Part shown: piece after piece, positions 43,399-55,480 of the stretch
Layout: every line of letters starts with the position of its first letter
How positions within the stretch are numbered: the first letter of the stretch is position 1
Source: Podarcis erhardii
Taxonomy: Eukaryota
Direction: 5' to 3' (one strand)
NCBI GenBank assembly: GCA_964252035.1
Contig: OZ176207.1
Length of the DNA stretch: 64,000 bases
The notes under the pieces: generated by a model
What the model saw: the letters and a program-made list of their open reading frames with translations, nothing else
What the model was told of the DNA's origin: nothing
Databases searched by the model: none
Translations under genes and position numbers: made by a program

Positions 43399-44179
43399 TA
43401 ACTTTAAGGTGGTTCATTTAAAACCTAAAACTCAAATGTTTAAGTGCATTATGCTAGCATTGGTATCCCATAAGCCCAGGGTACTCTCAATTATACACAA
43501 TTCACTGTAAGACTTCAGGTCAGATAATGACTTTTCTTGTACTTGTGATGGTCTGTAGAGCCAGTTGTGTATTCTCAGTCCACATGTATTTCCTTTTAAG
43601 ATTCAAAACCATGTAAGGTATGAAGTCAGGAAAAGTGATTGTTGTCTCTCACTGAGACAACAGCAGCTTACAGCTAGAATGGGGGTAGAGGAGATAGTGT
43701 CTGGTTGTGTGATCAGATTAGTCTGTCTTTCAGCTTGCAGTTCGCAGAATACCTTCTCAGTTTAGCTATTGGATTCTGCAGTGGGTTGCTTGAGACAAAT
43801 AGGTTTATATGGAAAGCAGGCAAATCGTTTCCTTACTCTTTTCAGTGCTGAAAGCAGAGGAGAGAACTAAGGAGATGTCATATCTGAACTTTCCCTCATA
43901 ACCCAGACACTTATTATGTACAGATGTCTCTTGTTTTCTACTGTGTACAAAATGGTGGGTGTGAGCACATGTTCTAGTTGTCCTATTTGTAGTGTTGGAA
44001 AGGGAACTTATTCCACTTCCGATGGACAATAAACCAAATGCATATATAGGCTGTTAGTAGCAGAATAGGGGATAAATGAAAAGGAACTGTTCCCCTAAAT
44101 GCTATGGGTGAAGAAGTTCTGCTAGTACACAGACTTCTGGCTGTGCAGTGGAACTTTCCATTCCTTTCCCTGTGGGCCC

Positions 44180-44181
<2 letters not shown>

Positions 44182-44212
<31 letters not shown>
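44182..44212. repeat. (CAAT)n microsatellite, probably the tail of a short L2 end
   Basis: Read directly; followed by an L2-like TTTGTATACT...CAGGGCGGTTCAC. Confidence 0.9.
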
Positions 44213-44213
<1 letters not shown>

Positions 44214-45447
44214 TTTGTATACTGTTCTTCATGCATAGATCTCAGGGCGGTTCACAGCATTAACCTGTTCTGGGAATTCCCTCAACCCTCCAGAGTATAT
44301 TTCATATGCAAGCACTCCATGCATTAAAAGATACAGGAAGCTGAACTCCTGACCTCTTTATCTGGCCCTCACCTCCCTCCTTGCCTTTCCTGCAGCTAGA
44401 AAACAACTATCCTCTTGGAGTAAAGATTATTTCCCCCCTTGCCTAGATGCAGCTGGGATGGGGATGGTCAACCCTGCCTCCACATATGTTGTTTCATCAC
44501 CATGCTCCAAAGCACCCTCCCCATGCTCCTAGTGACTCCGACCTAATCGTGGCAGGCGGGGGGAGTGTTGTGTGTGGTGTGAGAGAGAGCATGGCATGGC
44601 CATGCCCACTGCTGACACAGGGCCCTCAGAAATGGGCTACGAGAGAACGTGACAGGCCCATCCCTGTTCTCAGCCTTCAACAATTCAGCATGCTACACAA
44701 TAAACCCTTTATTAAGTTCCGTGGGACTTCCGTGGGTACATTGGGATTTGACTATAAAACAGCAAATGAATAACTCAGCCTTATAAAGACTATTATTAGG
44801 GGGGAAATGAGCATTTCAAGTATTGTAATCCTAAACAAATATTTCTGTTCTCAGTCCTCCATGACTTCTGCACTTGTACAACAATACATTACAGGTCTCA
44901 TTCAGGTGCTCTACTGTTTCTTCTTCATTCTCTTTTAATGCTATATAAAGCAGCCTGTTTTAACTAAGTTTCCTTACAGGTGATCCCTCTCTCTTTACTT
45001 TTTCAACTTAGGGCCACTTCACACTTGCGGTACTACCAGATTTCTAGGCAGAAGTTGCTCTATAGGGATCTGGTAGCACGTCAAGTGATCCAAGTCTAGG
45101 ATGAGATGCATCTGTCAGAAGCATGCATGCTCATTTGAGCTCAACTTGCTTTTACCTAACTTATTCTACTGGGATGCATCCTGCTTTGGCATTCAGTTAA
45201 ACCTTTACATGATATAATTGCTTGTTACCAATATTTGCTAAGCGTGCTGCTCAACTAAGTCAAACTCAAGGTAGGCTTAGTCATAACTGTTACATCCATT
45301 CACTTTCAGTAGGTTTACTTGGACTTAGTTGGATATCACTCTCAGTTTACAATGCTTGATTTTCCTGTAGGCTCTTGAGATTTACAAGACTGTGATGGTG
45401 GAATAACTTTTTGTCATAAGTTGTACATCTTTTCTGTGTTACTCCAG

Positions 45448-45501
45448 GGGTGGGATGCTATTGAGTGGACAATTCAACATTCTGACAGTGTTCTAAGATA
45501 G
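45448..45501 (+). CDS. PRELID3A: PRELID3A exon 6a (GWDAIEWTIQHSDSVLR*), giving a 172-aa isoform
   Basis: ctccag acceptor, phase 0; resembles the mammalian PRELID3A end (recalled as GWAAIEWIIEHSESAVS). Confidence 0.9.
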   Translation, partial: GWDAIEWTIQHSDSVLR

Positions 45502-46410
45502 CAGTCTCTTTCTACAGCTGCATTTTGTACTAATTAGTGGTAATACCAGCATTTGTTACCTTGGTACAGCATTTCAGCTTCTAGCAAATCTGTGCATGTT
45601 GTTGTCATGTTACTTGAAAGCCTGCATGCCTCGTATATATACACACATTGCATATAGAGGAACAGCACCCTTATTCTTTAACTCTGGAATTGGGGGGGGG
45701 GGGGCGTCCGTACTGTCTAACACAGGAAAAGGTTCTTAAGAACCTGCATGTGTGGGCCACTAATATGGCCCACCTTCTGTTCTTTGGTAAATCTCTTTTG
45801 AGTAAGTGGAATACTGTTAAAAGAACAGCTGCACCTTGGCCCCAGAGTATTTTGGAAGTAGGTGAAGCTCTGTACAACCAGTCCTCTTGATCCAATGCAT
45901 GGAATGCTTTGGGGTGAAATACTTGAGGTTGTTAACTAGTTCATGTTACTGCTGGACTTAGCCTACAGTATGGCAGTTCTTGCCTATCAGTGTAGAAATA
46001 CAGTCCCATCACTGCTTGGACAGAAGGGTTCTCGTTTAAAAGAAAGCAGTTTATGAAGTCACAATTAGAACATTTGCACCTGTTTACTTGGTGCTTGTTG
46101 GTTTTTGCTTTTGAGGCAGCTTAAAATCTGTGCAAAAAGAATGCAAAAAGAAGAAACTGGTTTTCAAAAGTGCCAGCTATTAAGCTTTATTGTCGCTCAG
46201 CCCATTTTGGAACTGTCATTCCTCCCTCATGGTGCCTGAGAGGCAGCAGCATTTATATAAGTTGCTTCAGAAAGTCCAAGATTGATCCTGAGGAAGGAAC
46301 TTCTGTTCTGAAACACATTGTACTATCATAAACTTCAGCAGTTGGCACTTGGGAGAATTAGGTTCTGCTTTTTCTCTTCTTTGCAATATTTCTAGTGTCT
46401 GGGCCTCCCT

Positions 46411-46480
46411 TTGTTTAGTCGTTTAGTCGTGTCCGACTCTTCGTGACCCCATGGACCAGAGCACGCCAGGCACCCCTGTC
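46411..46480 (-). mobile_element. BovB (RTE) LINE 3' terminus
   Basis: Reverse complement of GGGGTCACGAAGAGTCGGACACGACTAAACGACTAAACAA. Confidence 0.85.
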
Positions 46481-48465
46481 TTACTTTAATTAGGCAGGAA
46501 TCATGCAAAACCTTTTGGCTGCACATTTTTGTTATGAGCACGAGCCTCACTCTATTCTTCCTGCATTTTGTGAGGGGAGATTAGAAGTGTTCACTTGCAG
46601 TTTTGCCCCAACATGGCCAACTGTGGTTTGCTTGTTTGCAAAACCAGGATTGGATCCTGGATGTGGGGGAAGATGAATTGAACATATCAGTTTGTTTTCT
46701 CATCCTGTTATGGCAAACTACGATTTGTTGCAGACTAGAAGTTGAAACAGCTTCTCTTCCTCCACATGTAAATAGGGAACACGGGGAAATATATGAACAA
46801 CAAACCATGATTCCTTTTTTCACATCTAAAATCCAGGCTTTTATCTAAACATACACTAATATATAAATAGTTTTGCTAAAACAAAACAGATGTTTTTGTC
46901 TAAATGCATTGTTTTAAGAGGCATTGCTAGCATCTGTTTGGCTTGCGGGGAACTTCAGTGACCACCTTTTTCGTTCCTTGAGCTTGACTGCCAAGCTTGG
47001 AAACAGATTATTTGACTGTTGATCCTGCCCTTAAAACCCTCAATTTTCATTTGCAGAATACAGTTACCAAACATGCCTTAGTGTTGTGTAATACTTAACT
47101 ACTCCCAATTTTGGAGTGTGTGTATATATTACAAAAAAAAATAGTAAACTCTCACTGTATGTTTTCAGTTTTACCATTAAGCCTGTGAAATGTTTCAGAG
47201 TTTAAAATTTTATGCTCTCAATCGTTTGTTAAGTAGTAACCACTGAAATTATGTCCAGTTCTTAACTCTCATTCTGTATGTTCGGTGTGCTTCCACTATG
47301 TACGTAAATATATTAAAAGGTGCATGCTTTAATAGGAAATATGCTTGCTCAAGTCATATACTAATATGCTGTTTTATGGTACAACAGAAACTCAGTAAAC
47401 CAATCCTCTGTCAGATTGTTTTTGCTAGTTCCGTGCATGCTAAAAAGAACCCCGGTCTTATTGGTTCAGCATTTTGTTTTTAAAGTCTTGCCAGATGTCT
47501 ATGGGAAGCAAATAAGTAAGTCATCACCCCAATAGACCACTCTAACTAAGGTCATTTCAAACTCAACAAAATCGTTCAACATGCTCAGTTACTATGTAAA
47601 CGAATGACCAGCCCTCCCAAGGAACGCCGGCCAGACTGGATCAAACTTGACATCTGCTCAATTGTGTCACATGCAGCTGTATATATCATTGTTCCTGAAA
47701 TAATTACTGGCATGGGGGAGTCTGATGGGGACTTTTTCCATTCAGATCATGGTGAGTAGTTGAAAAGATAAGCCTCCTCTCCCTACTGGTTGCCTTCCCA
47801 GTAAGAATCTGTCTCCCTGTGAATGTAATTATTTAAGATGCATACTACATATTAGGCAAATGTCTAGTTTGGTCCAAAAAATCCACAGAGTTCCGCCCTC
47901 TCCTTAAAACCTAGTTCACCCCACCAATGTGCTTAGAATCTACTCTAACCAAGCTTGTCATTTCATTTCTTAGAATATGTTATGATGTACGTGTGCTACG
48001 CTTTAAGCCACAAAACTTGTATTTAGTGTTATAGCATGGAGGTTTTTTGATCAAAAGCACTTGGTGCTATAACAATGCAATATTTCCTGTTCTATCTCCC
48101 ATAGCAATCCTGTGAATTTATTAATTTGACATGTCATATGTCTGTTATTAATGGGGCCTTTTTTATTCTTATCTGATGCTTTGATTTTTAAATCCAACTT
48201 GTTCAGTTTCTAATGCTCAGAACTTCATTCAGTTGAAGGATTGGGTTAAAGGTGGTTAGTTCTGACCCAAGGCCAGGAATGGAAATCACTTCAAACTGAA
48301 TGGTGTTTTCAAAAGCAACAAATAATTGAAGAAATTCAGATAATTCTGGCCAAGTTTTTTGGGTCATATGCACACTACAGTCTTTTCTACAGGAAATTCT
48401 GGGCACTGCAATACCATCATCCAGTAACAATTACATACACACTCTCTCTCTATATATATATAATT

Positions 48466-48645
48466 GTCCAGTAGCACCTTAGAGACCAACTAAGTTTGTT
48501 CTGGGTATGAGCTTTTGTGTGCATGCACACGAAAGCTCATACCAAGAACAAATTTAGTTGGTCTCTAAGGTGCTACTGGACTTTTTTTTTATTTTTAATA
48601 TATATTTCTACTGCGTCAGACCAACACGGCTACCTACCTGAATCT
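48466..48645 (+). mobile_element. Penelope-like element terminal fragment with 116-bp fold-back palindrome
   Basis: GAAAGCTCATACC...TTGGTCTCTAAGGTGCTACTGG...CAGACCAACACGGCTAC PLE end plus an inverted copy. Confidence 0.8.
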
Positions 48646-49290
48646 AGAATTACTAGAATTGTTTGGAGAAAAATGTGATATTGTGATATTCTTAGAAGCC
48701 CAGTATAAGGTTACAGTGTAGATAAGTCCAAAGGCTGTTTCTTCAATCTATTGGTTCATTACACTTTCTATTTCAAAACTAAGGGTGGCTTCCAGTTAAC
48801 TTGTTCCATGAGCAAGGATTTTCACTTGCAGAAGGAAACTTACATCCCTCTTCTTTCACTGTGCATGCCCCATGCCCTCCCCAAATCTGCTTTATAGGGT
48901 TGGGGGTATAGCAGAACAGATTTAGTGGGGTGCCAGGGAAAGGAGAGGGGGTTAGTTCTGTTGTGCAGATGGAAATCTGCACACTGACAGAGCAAGCTAG
49001 TTGCCTTTTCACAATTTAGAAACAACACTTCAAATAATATAGCCATCTCTCTCTCTCTTCCAGGAGTGTTCACCTGAGCTGTTAAGTTTTCAGATTTCAA
49101 CTGAGCACATTTGTATCCAGAAAGACTATGTAACTGTCATTTAATCCAGTAGTGTTCTGTTTCAATTAAAACAAGCATCTATAAAAAAATTAAGTTGGTA
49201 GTCATGGTGTAGTACAGGCTTAAAACTAACAGTAATTTGGCTCGAAATGTTAAGCTTTAAGCTATTTAGTATTCTATACAAATATGTGTG

Positions 49291-49510
49291 AAAGCATGTC
49301 AAAGTGAAAGTAGATAAATAGGTACCGCTCTGGCGGGAAGGTAAACAGCGTTTCCGTGCGCTGCTCTGGTTCGCCAGAAGCGGCTTAGTCATGCTAGCCA
49401 CATGACCCGGAAGCTGTACACCGGCTCCCTCGGCCAGTAAAGCAAGATGAGCGCCGCAACCTCAGAGTCGGTCACGACTGGACCTAATGGTCAGGGATCC
49501 CCTTTACCTT
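49291..49510 (+). mobile_element. Sauria SINE (Squam1) 3' part
   Basis: GTAGATAAATAGGTACCGCT...CCCCTTTACCTT tail typical of lacertid Sauria SINE. Confidence 0.85.
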
Positions 49511-50640
49511 CAGGTGGCCTTTTGCATCTGGCCAGGTGATTAGGCTCCTAGCCTGAAAACTTATGGAGGCTCTCACTTTTTTGTTGAGTTTCTCTACTTG
49601 AGTTTACTGAGGTTTTCTCCTCAGTTCCACTAGTGCAAGCACTTTTAACTATGCACGAGAACTTACCCTACCTGCACACCCTCTAAATCTGCCCCGAAGG
49701 GTTGAGGGCAAACTCAAAAAATATTTAGAGGGTGCGCAGGTTGAAGCAGTTCCATTGTGCAGCCAGGAGTGCTTGCACTGGTGCAACTGTTGAGTTGAAT
49801 ACTGCCCAACATGTGTTTCAAGTTCTTCTTATTTAGGTTTGCCTTCTGTAGCTGGGGTGTAGCTGGTCTTTAGGCCCAGTTAAACTGAATTCTTGCAAAA
49901 GCAGTGCTCTTGCTTCCTACATTGCTCTGTACTGAGCATCAGTAATGGTAATTAGTGTTTCATGATAGAGAGTAAACAGGATGGGAAAGAAACCATAAAC
50001 TATAAGTTCATTAATAACGTTCATTAGGACTTGTAACAACTTTTCCACTGCTAGGATGAAGCGGAAGAAATTGAAGGGGGGAAATATTATTGATGGGAGA
50101 AGGGCTAGTATTAGGCCTCATGTCTGTTCTGTTGCAATCTTACCATGGTAATGGAGGAAGCCACAGAAATCTGATAGAAAAAAAATCAGGTTGTTCAGAG
50201 GCATGCCTGGGATAAGAAGCAAATAATGCTTTGCACTTTGGAAAAAGTGGGTAGTCAAAACTCTCTCTAGCACTGATCCAAGTGCAACAGTCTCATGTAA
50301 TTGTGCCTTGCTAGACAGATCTAACATTTGTACTCTGCAAAAGAGTTAGCTTGTAGTCTTGTAACTTTGTTGGCCTATTATTACTAAGAAAAATGTATTG
50401 TCTAAGCAGATCATCCTTCAATTTAAGGTTTTCCTTGTTACAGAAGCAAAGGTGGACTAGAATGAAATAATCTTGTCGTACAAATCCAATGGCACAATTC
50501 ATTATGATACATTCATAATTCAGAAGACAACAAAGCAGTTTGCTTTGGGAGATCTTTTGGTGTCTGACAGAGGAAAGATTTAGAAGTTTAACATCAATGT
50601 ATCTGGTCAATCCACTTAGCTCTTGTTCCTTCTTTAACAG

Positions 50641-50733
50641 GGTCGAGAAGCCTTGGAATGGGTGATTGGCGAACTAACTTCGACGCGAGAGAGCATGAAG
50701 TCCGCAATGGCAGCAGCATCAGCGGAGGACTGA
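50641..50733 (+). CDS. PRELID3A: PRELID3A exon 6b (GREALEWVIGELTSTRESMKSAMAAASAED*), giving a 185-aa isoform with a PRELID3B-like tail
   Basis: Strong pyrimidine tract and acag acceptor, phase 0; GREA-EWVI...MAAA resembles the PRELID3B/SLMO2 tail. Confidence 0.85.
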   Translation, partial: GREALEWVIGELTSTRESMKSAMAAASAED

Positions 50734-53700
50734 TGGAACTGTGGCAGAACTTTATTTTTCCATTATATTTTCTCCTTGCCAGGATGGATATTCCATTGTT
50801 TTTTATTTAGAAATATATATGTTTATATATTGAAATTTTACAGGTCAGAAGCAACCCCCCCCCCATTTTTAAGCCTTTCTAGGGCCCTCTATTAATCCAC
50901 AGTGTAAGTTAACAATTTATTTTTTTTTGCTTTCCCATGGCCTCTAGTTACAAGTGCTCAAATCTGATAGAGTATAGTGACCTTAAGTTCTACTGAAGTT
51001 AAATGGAACTGGCAGAGCAGATTGAAGATTGACATCTACATAAGCACCAAACTGTGCCTTGATCAGAGCTGAGAGAATAGACTTCCCATCTTATATAACC
51101 ATTTTCTTGTACTTGAAATTTATTTATTTATTTCTTTAAAAGTGCAGCTGCCGTTCTTATTCTGTAAACAACAAATAGGTACAGAAAGCACTGGAGATCT
51201 TCTCTCTCTCTCTCTACAGGCTAGATAAGTATAGTGGGGAGGTGAAATATGATGGCACAGGATGTTGACTGACCCCTGATGTGATCGTCTATGTAGTTCT
51301 GCAACACAACCTTCCTTTTACTTAGTGGAGCCTGAAAGAAGATCTGAAAAACCTTCCCTGAAATGAAGGTTGGTGTGCAACAAAGTTCCATGGTGGATTG
51401 TGCCCTTTGTTGGAGGCTGGAGATCTCCTCCTGAGACTTTGTCTTTGTGGATATTAATTCTTCCTTGCACTGTTCAAATGCAGATTCTGAACAAGGTGTT
51501 CTAGCACATTGCCTCCTAGTATTTTTACTGAAACCACTGAGAGCAGCCATTTTGTTGTGGTAAAAATGGCTTGAATCCTCTCTTGTCCATTTTTGTTTTG
51601 ATTTTTCAGTAGCTAATTTATTTCCATATATGTGAATATACACTCTGGTCACTTATTATGTGAAGACAATTGATACCTCAGTGGGAAGTACTAGGAAACT
51701 TATTTTCTATATGTAACGGGCATATGTTTGGAGTACTTAGTTGTGTAATTCATTTCTTACTTTTAGCAATGGATACAAGACCATAAAGGATATTTATGGC
51801 CCACCCCACATTTCACACCCATCTTCTGGCACTCTGTTTAGCAGTTCCGGGGAGGAGACTGTTTCATAGCGGTAGGGGGAATGTGATGTTGTGAAGCACA
51901 ACCACCTCTCCCACCAAGCCAACAGCTTTCATCATTGAGCAAGTTCAAACTCCATTTCTGACCTCTGATTTCAATGGAATTTTCTTCTGTACAACATCTA
52001 GAAGTAGTTCTATTGAAGCCGGTACGGACAGAGCACTTGCTTAAAACTAGGTTATGATGGCAGTAGCCCTAGATGTTCCACACAGAAGATTAGAGATAAA
52101 GAAGAGTGAATAGCAGGCTTTTCAATGGAATTATTTTGGAAGCATGCAGGTCCATCTAACTTCATAAGTAGTTCATGGTGTTACATTTTGTGTGATTCAA
52201 AGTTTTGTTAACAGTTCATTCATTGATGAAAGCCAATCTCCGTGGAACGGAAAGCTGCAGACATCTATAAATTAATGCACTTCCAAGCATTGTAGAGTTC
52301 AAAACTGTAGTTTAAAACTGTGCAAGAGGAAAAGTTGGAAAGCTCCTGATTCACAGAGAATGGCAAATGTCTTGGGCATGAGCACAAGATGTCTGCCTAC
52401 AATCCAGTATAATGAAAACAATTCCTTTCTCTCTTCAAACTTTGCTTGCAGTTATCTCTTCTGAATATTTTGCAAAAAGCCGAAAGAAAAAACTGAAGAA
52501 TAAGAAAAAACTGTGGAATAAGATGCCAAAATTCAGCATACTAGAACTCTTACATGGAAGCATAACAACATGCCAAGAAAACTTAGGATGTAGCTAAGCT
52601 GCATGCACATCTAAGTGGAATGGCGATGAATTGTTATTGGAGCCTTTTTTGCTCCCTGCCTGCCCTCCCCCGCCCCCACCAGCCTGAATAACCCACGGCA
52701 TTAACAATTTTTAAGCCCTGGCAGAAAAAGAGCTTTTTTTAATATGACCAAAGCATTTTTCTTCCATTTCAATATACTTTGTACAAAGAATAGTTACAAA
52801 GAGCCTGCCTTCTGTGAAGGGTATCAGGCCTGTCATGGAAGAGGTGGTGTGGCTGGGGCAGAGAAGTTCAGCATTCTAGCCCATATGTGTGTTCATTGCA
52901 AGAAGTGGACCAGTTAACCAAAATCACCAGCTTTCATATGGAATCCTTCACCCCACTTCCTTTATTTTGTGTGAAGGTAAACTTGTCCATGTTTATTCAT
53001 GTGCACTTCTTCCTTCTGTCTTCTATACAATCGTGGTTGAGTTTCCTTTAATAGTCCTACTCCTGTCTCCTAAAGGCGATTAGCCACACTCTTTCTTACG
53101 TTTGCTCTTTCTTGTTCCTTCCACGGATCTTGGCTGATGGAACTCCCATATGACTGCTGCTCCACAGACTGTCACTTGGTGTCTTGCTTGGTGCGATATT
53201 GTCTCTTAAGGCTGTTCTCTTAGTTCCCTAGTGGATCTTAGAGCTCACAAACCCCCGGGCAGGCAAGCGTGGTACTATTGCTTTTATACTGTTTACTTAC
53301 CAAATAATGACCATAGTCTTACATTTTCCTGGCTAGCACTTATTTATTAGATATTTAACATGGCACAGGAATATGGGCTTCTTTGGGAGGAAGAGCAGGA
53401 TAGAATTTAATAATAAAATCATGGAAAATAAAAATACGTTGCATTTTCACTCCTTAGCATGTGAAAATAGAGCATGCGCTCTTTCGATCATAGCTGCCAC
53501 TACCCTTGCTTCTCGCCCCTTCACATCTTCAGTAAAAGCACTCCATGCTTTTCCTTTGTCCTTGAAGGCCCTGGCATTCTCTGTTCTAGGTGACTGGAAA
53601 TCAAATCTTTTTATATCTAGTAGCTTATCTACCTTCCTGAAACTTACCAAAACCTCACCTGTAGGGGGTTCTTCTTTTGTTCTGTACCATCTTCTGCCCC

Positions 53701-55350
53701 TGAACATTCCAAATAACCCACCCTTGAAGCTTTATAAAATCAAAAATACATGAGCTGAGAGAATCTGCATCGCTTCCCACACAAGTATTGGCTTAGTGGG
53801 ACAGTACACAAAGGGATGGTGGTGCAACAATTTAGGACTTTGCCCATTCAGCCTTTTCCTTTTCCTTTACCCTGCATGGTCAGGATTTGCTTTACTTTAG
53901 AAAGAAGTTATTCTTCCAGTGACAGCACCTTTCTGAATAGGACTCTGAAGAGAGCATTTTAAAACTTGTTTCCAGGCTCTGTCTCACAACTGTTACATTC
54001 AGTGAGAAGATTACCATGCATGCCATGTATCATTCCAGGGTAAGGAGAGTCTCTAGCTACTAAATCTCTTCCTGTCTCATGGTTCTTTAAAGGAAAGACA
54101 ATAGTTTTCAACAGATAGCAGTAAACTTAACTGATACCTAAAGTTCTATTGGCCAGTTTCACTAACAAATACTGATATTCGTTTGAAGAACTGGGTGTTG
54201 GACAGTACACTGTCTCCTGCTGCACTTTTTGTTCCTATGTGCAAATAAAGGCAAAGCAGCTGTACTTCTAAGAGTTACGTAGCACAGGAAGCTGAAGCAG
54301 GTCACACACAGACGAGGAGAAAACTGCAATTTTTGAAACGGTATAGTAGTCCTGTCTTTCTTGGCATTTGGTCACAATCCTTTGTTTAATCCGAACTACC
54401 TTGATTGTTCAAAAACCACTGCTTTTCATTATGTAAACAACCTTGATTAACACTGCTTTCATGTAGGTGCCATTAATGTGAAGGTGTGCTTGTGGGGAGG
54501 GGAGCGAATGCTTAATCAGCTGTGACTTGAAGGATAATTGCATGCAGAAATGTTTCTCTTCCTGTATCTCTTGCCTTTTCCCACCTGCGTTTAGACTGTA
54601 AGCTCTTCTGAGCAGAGAATCTATCTGAAATGTTAAATGCTATGGACATCTGGGGCTATAAATAACATGACCTACTTAAAAATAGCAAACTGTCTTTTCT
54701 TTTTTCTATATAGTAAAACAAAAGACTGCTTTTGTGTTAACTGCCAAATGGGATGATCATGCAGTACACAACTGAGTCACAAACACTAAAAATAGCACAA
54801 GGGAGACCAGTAGGTGCCGCCCTGGAATTAACCAGCCCATCATCGCAGTTAGGAGGTTTTGGGAGAGTACCTTGGCAGTCATTAATTGTGGTTGAACTAT
54901 TAATACAATGCTTTTATGTTATTACTACAGCTAGGGCACACAGAAAATTTAACTTACATTGTTATTTTGGTACTGCTAAGATGTACCCTTTTAAAAAACA
55001 AAACCTCAGTCTTCACTTCCTTTTCTCCCAGAAGTTGGAAGCCACTTACCTATGAGTAAGCCCTACTAAATACAAGAGGTATTATTTTGCATAAACATGC
55101 AAAGGATTGTACTATGTATCTATTGAGAAAGCGGCGCTTGTACATTAGCTTCCTTAAAGAGTTATTAGTGCATGGAGACATGGACTAACTGGAAGTACGA
55201 TTTTAACAAAATAAGGTGAGGGACCCGTCTTAATTGTGCAGCCATCAAGGTGGTGATTGTAAATCTTGTGAAAACAATCAATGAAACTTAATTCTAACCT
55301 TTGGGGGAAGTCCCATTCTCATGTGTTTACAATAAAAGGGGAAAAGTCCT

Positions 55351-55480
55351 CTGAAGAAGTGTGCATGCACATGAAAGCTCATACCAATAACAAACTTAAG
55401 TTGGTCTCTAAGGTGCTACTGGAAGGAATTTTTTTATTTTGTTTCGACTACGGCAGACCAACACGGTTACCTGCCTGTAG
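55351..55480 (+). mobile_element. Penelope-like element terminal fragment beginning with a hammerhead-ribozyme core
   Basis: Same family as 48466; starts CTGAAGAAGTGTGCATGCACATGAAAGCTCA. Confidence 0.8.

Noticed and set aside
45692-45704. 13-G homopolymer downstream of exon 6a
   Set aside because: Simple run that is error-prone in assembly; no further support for function
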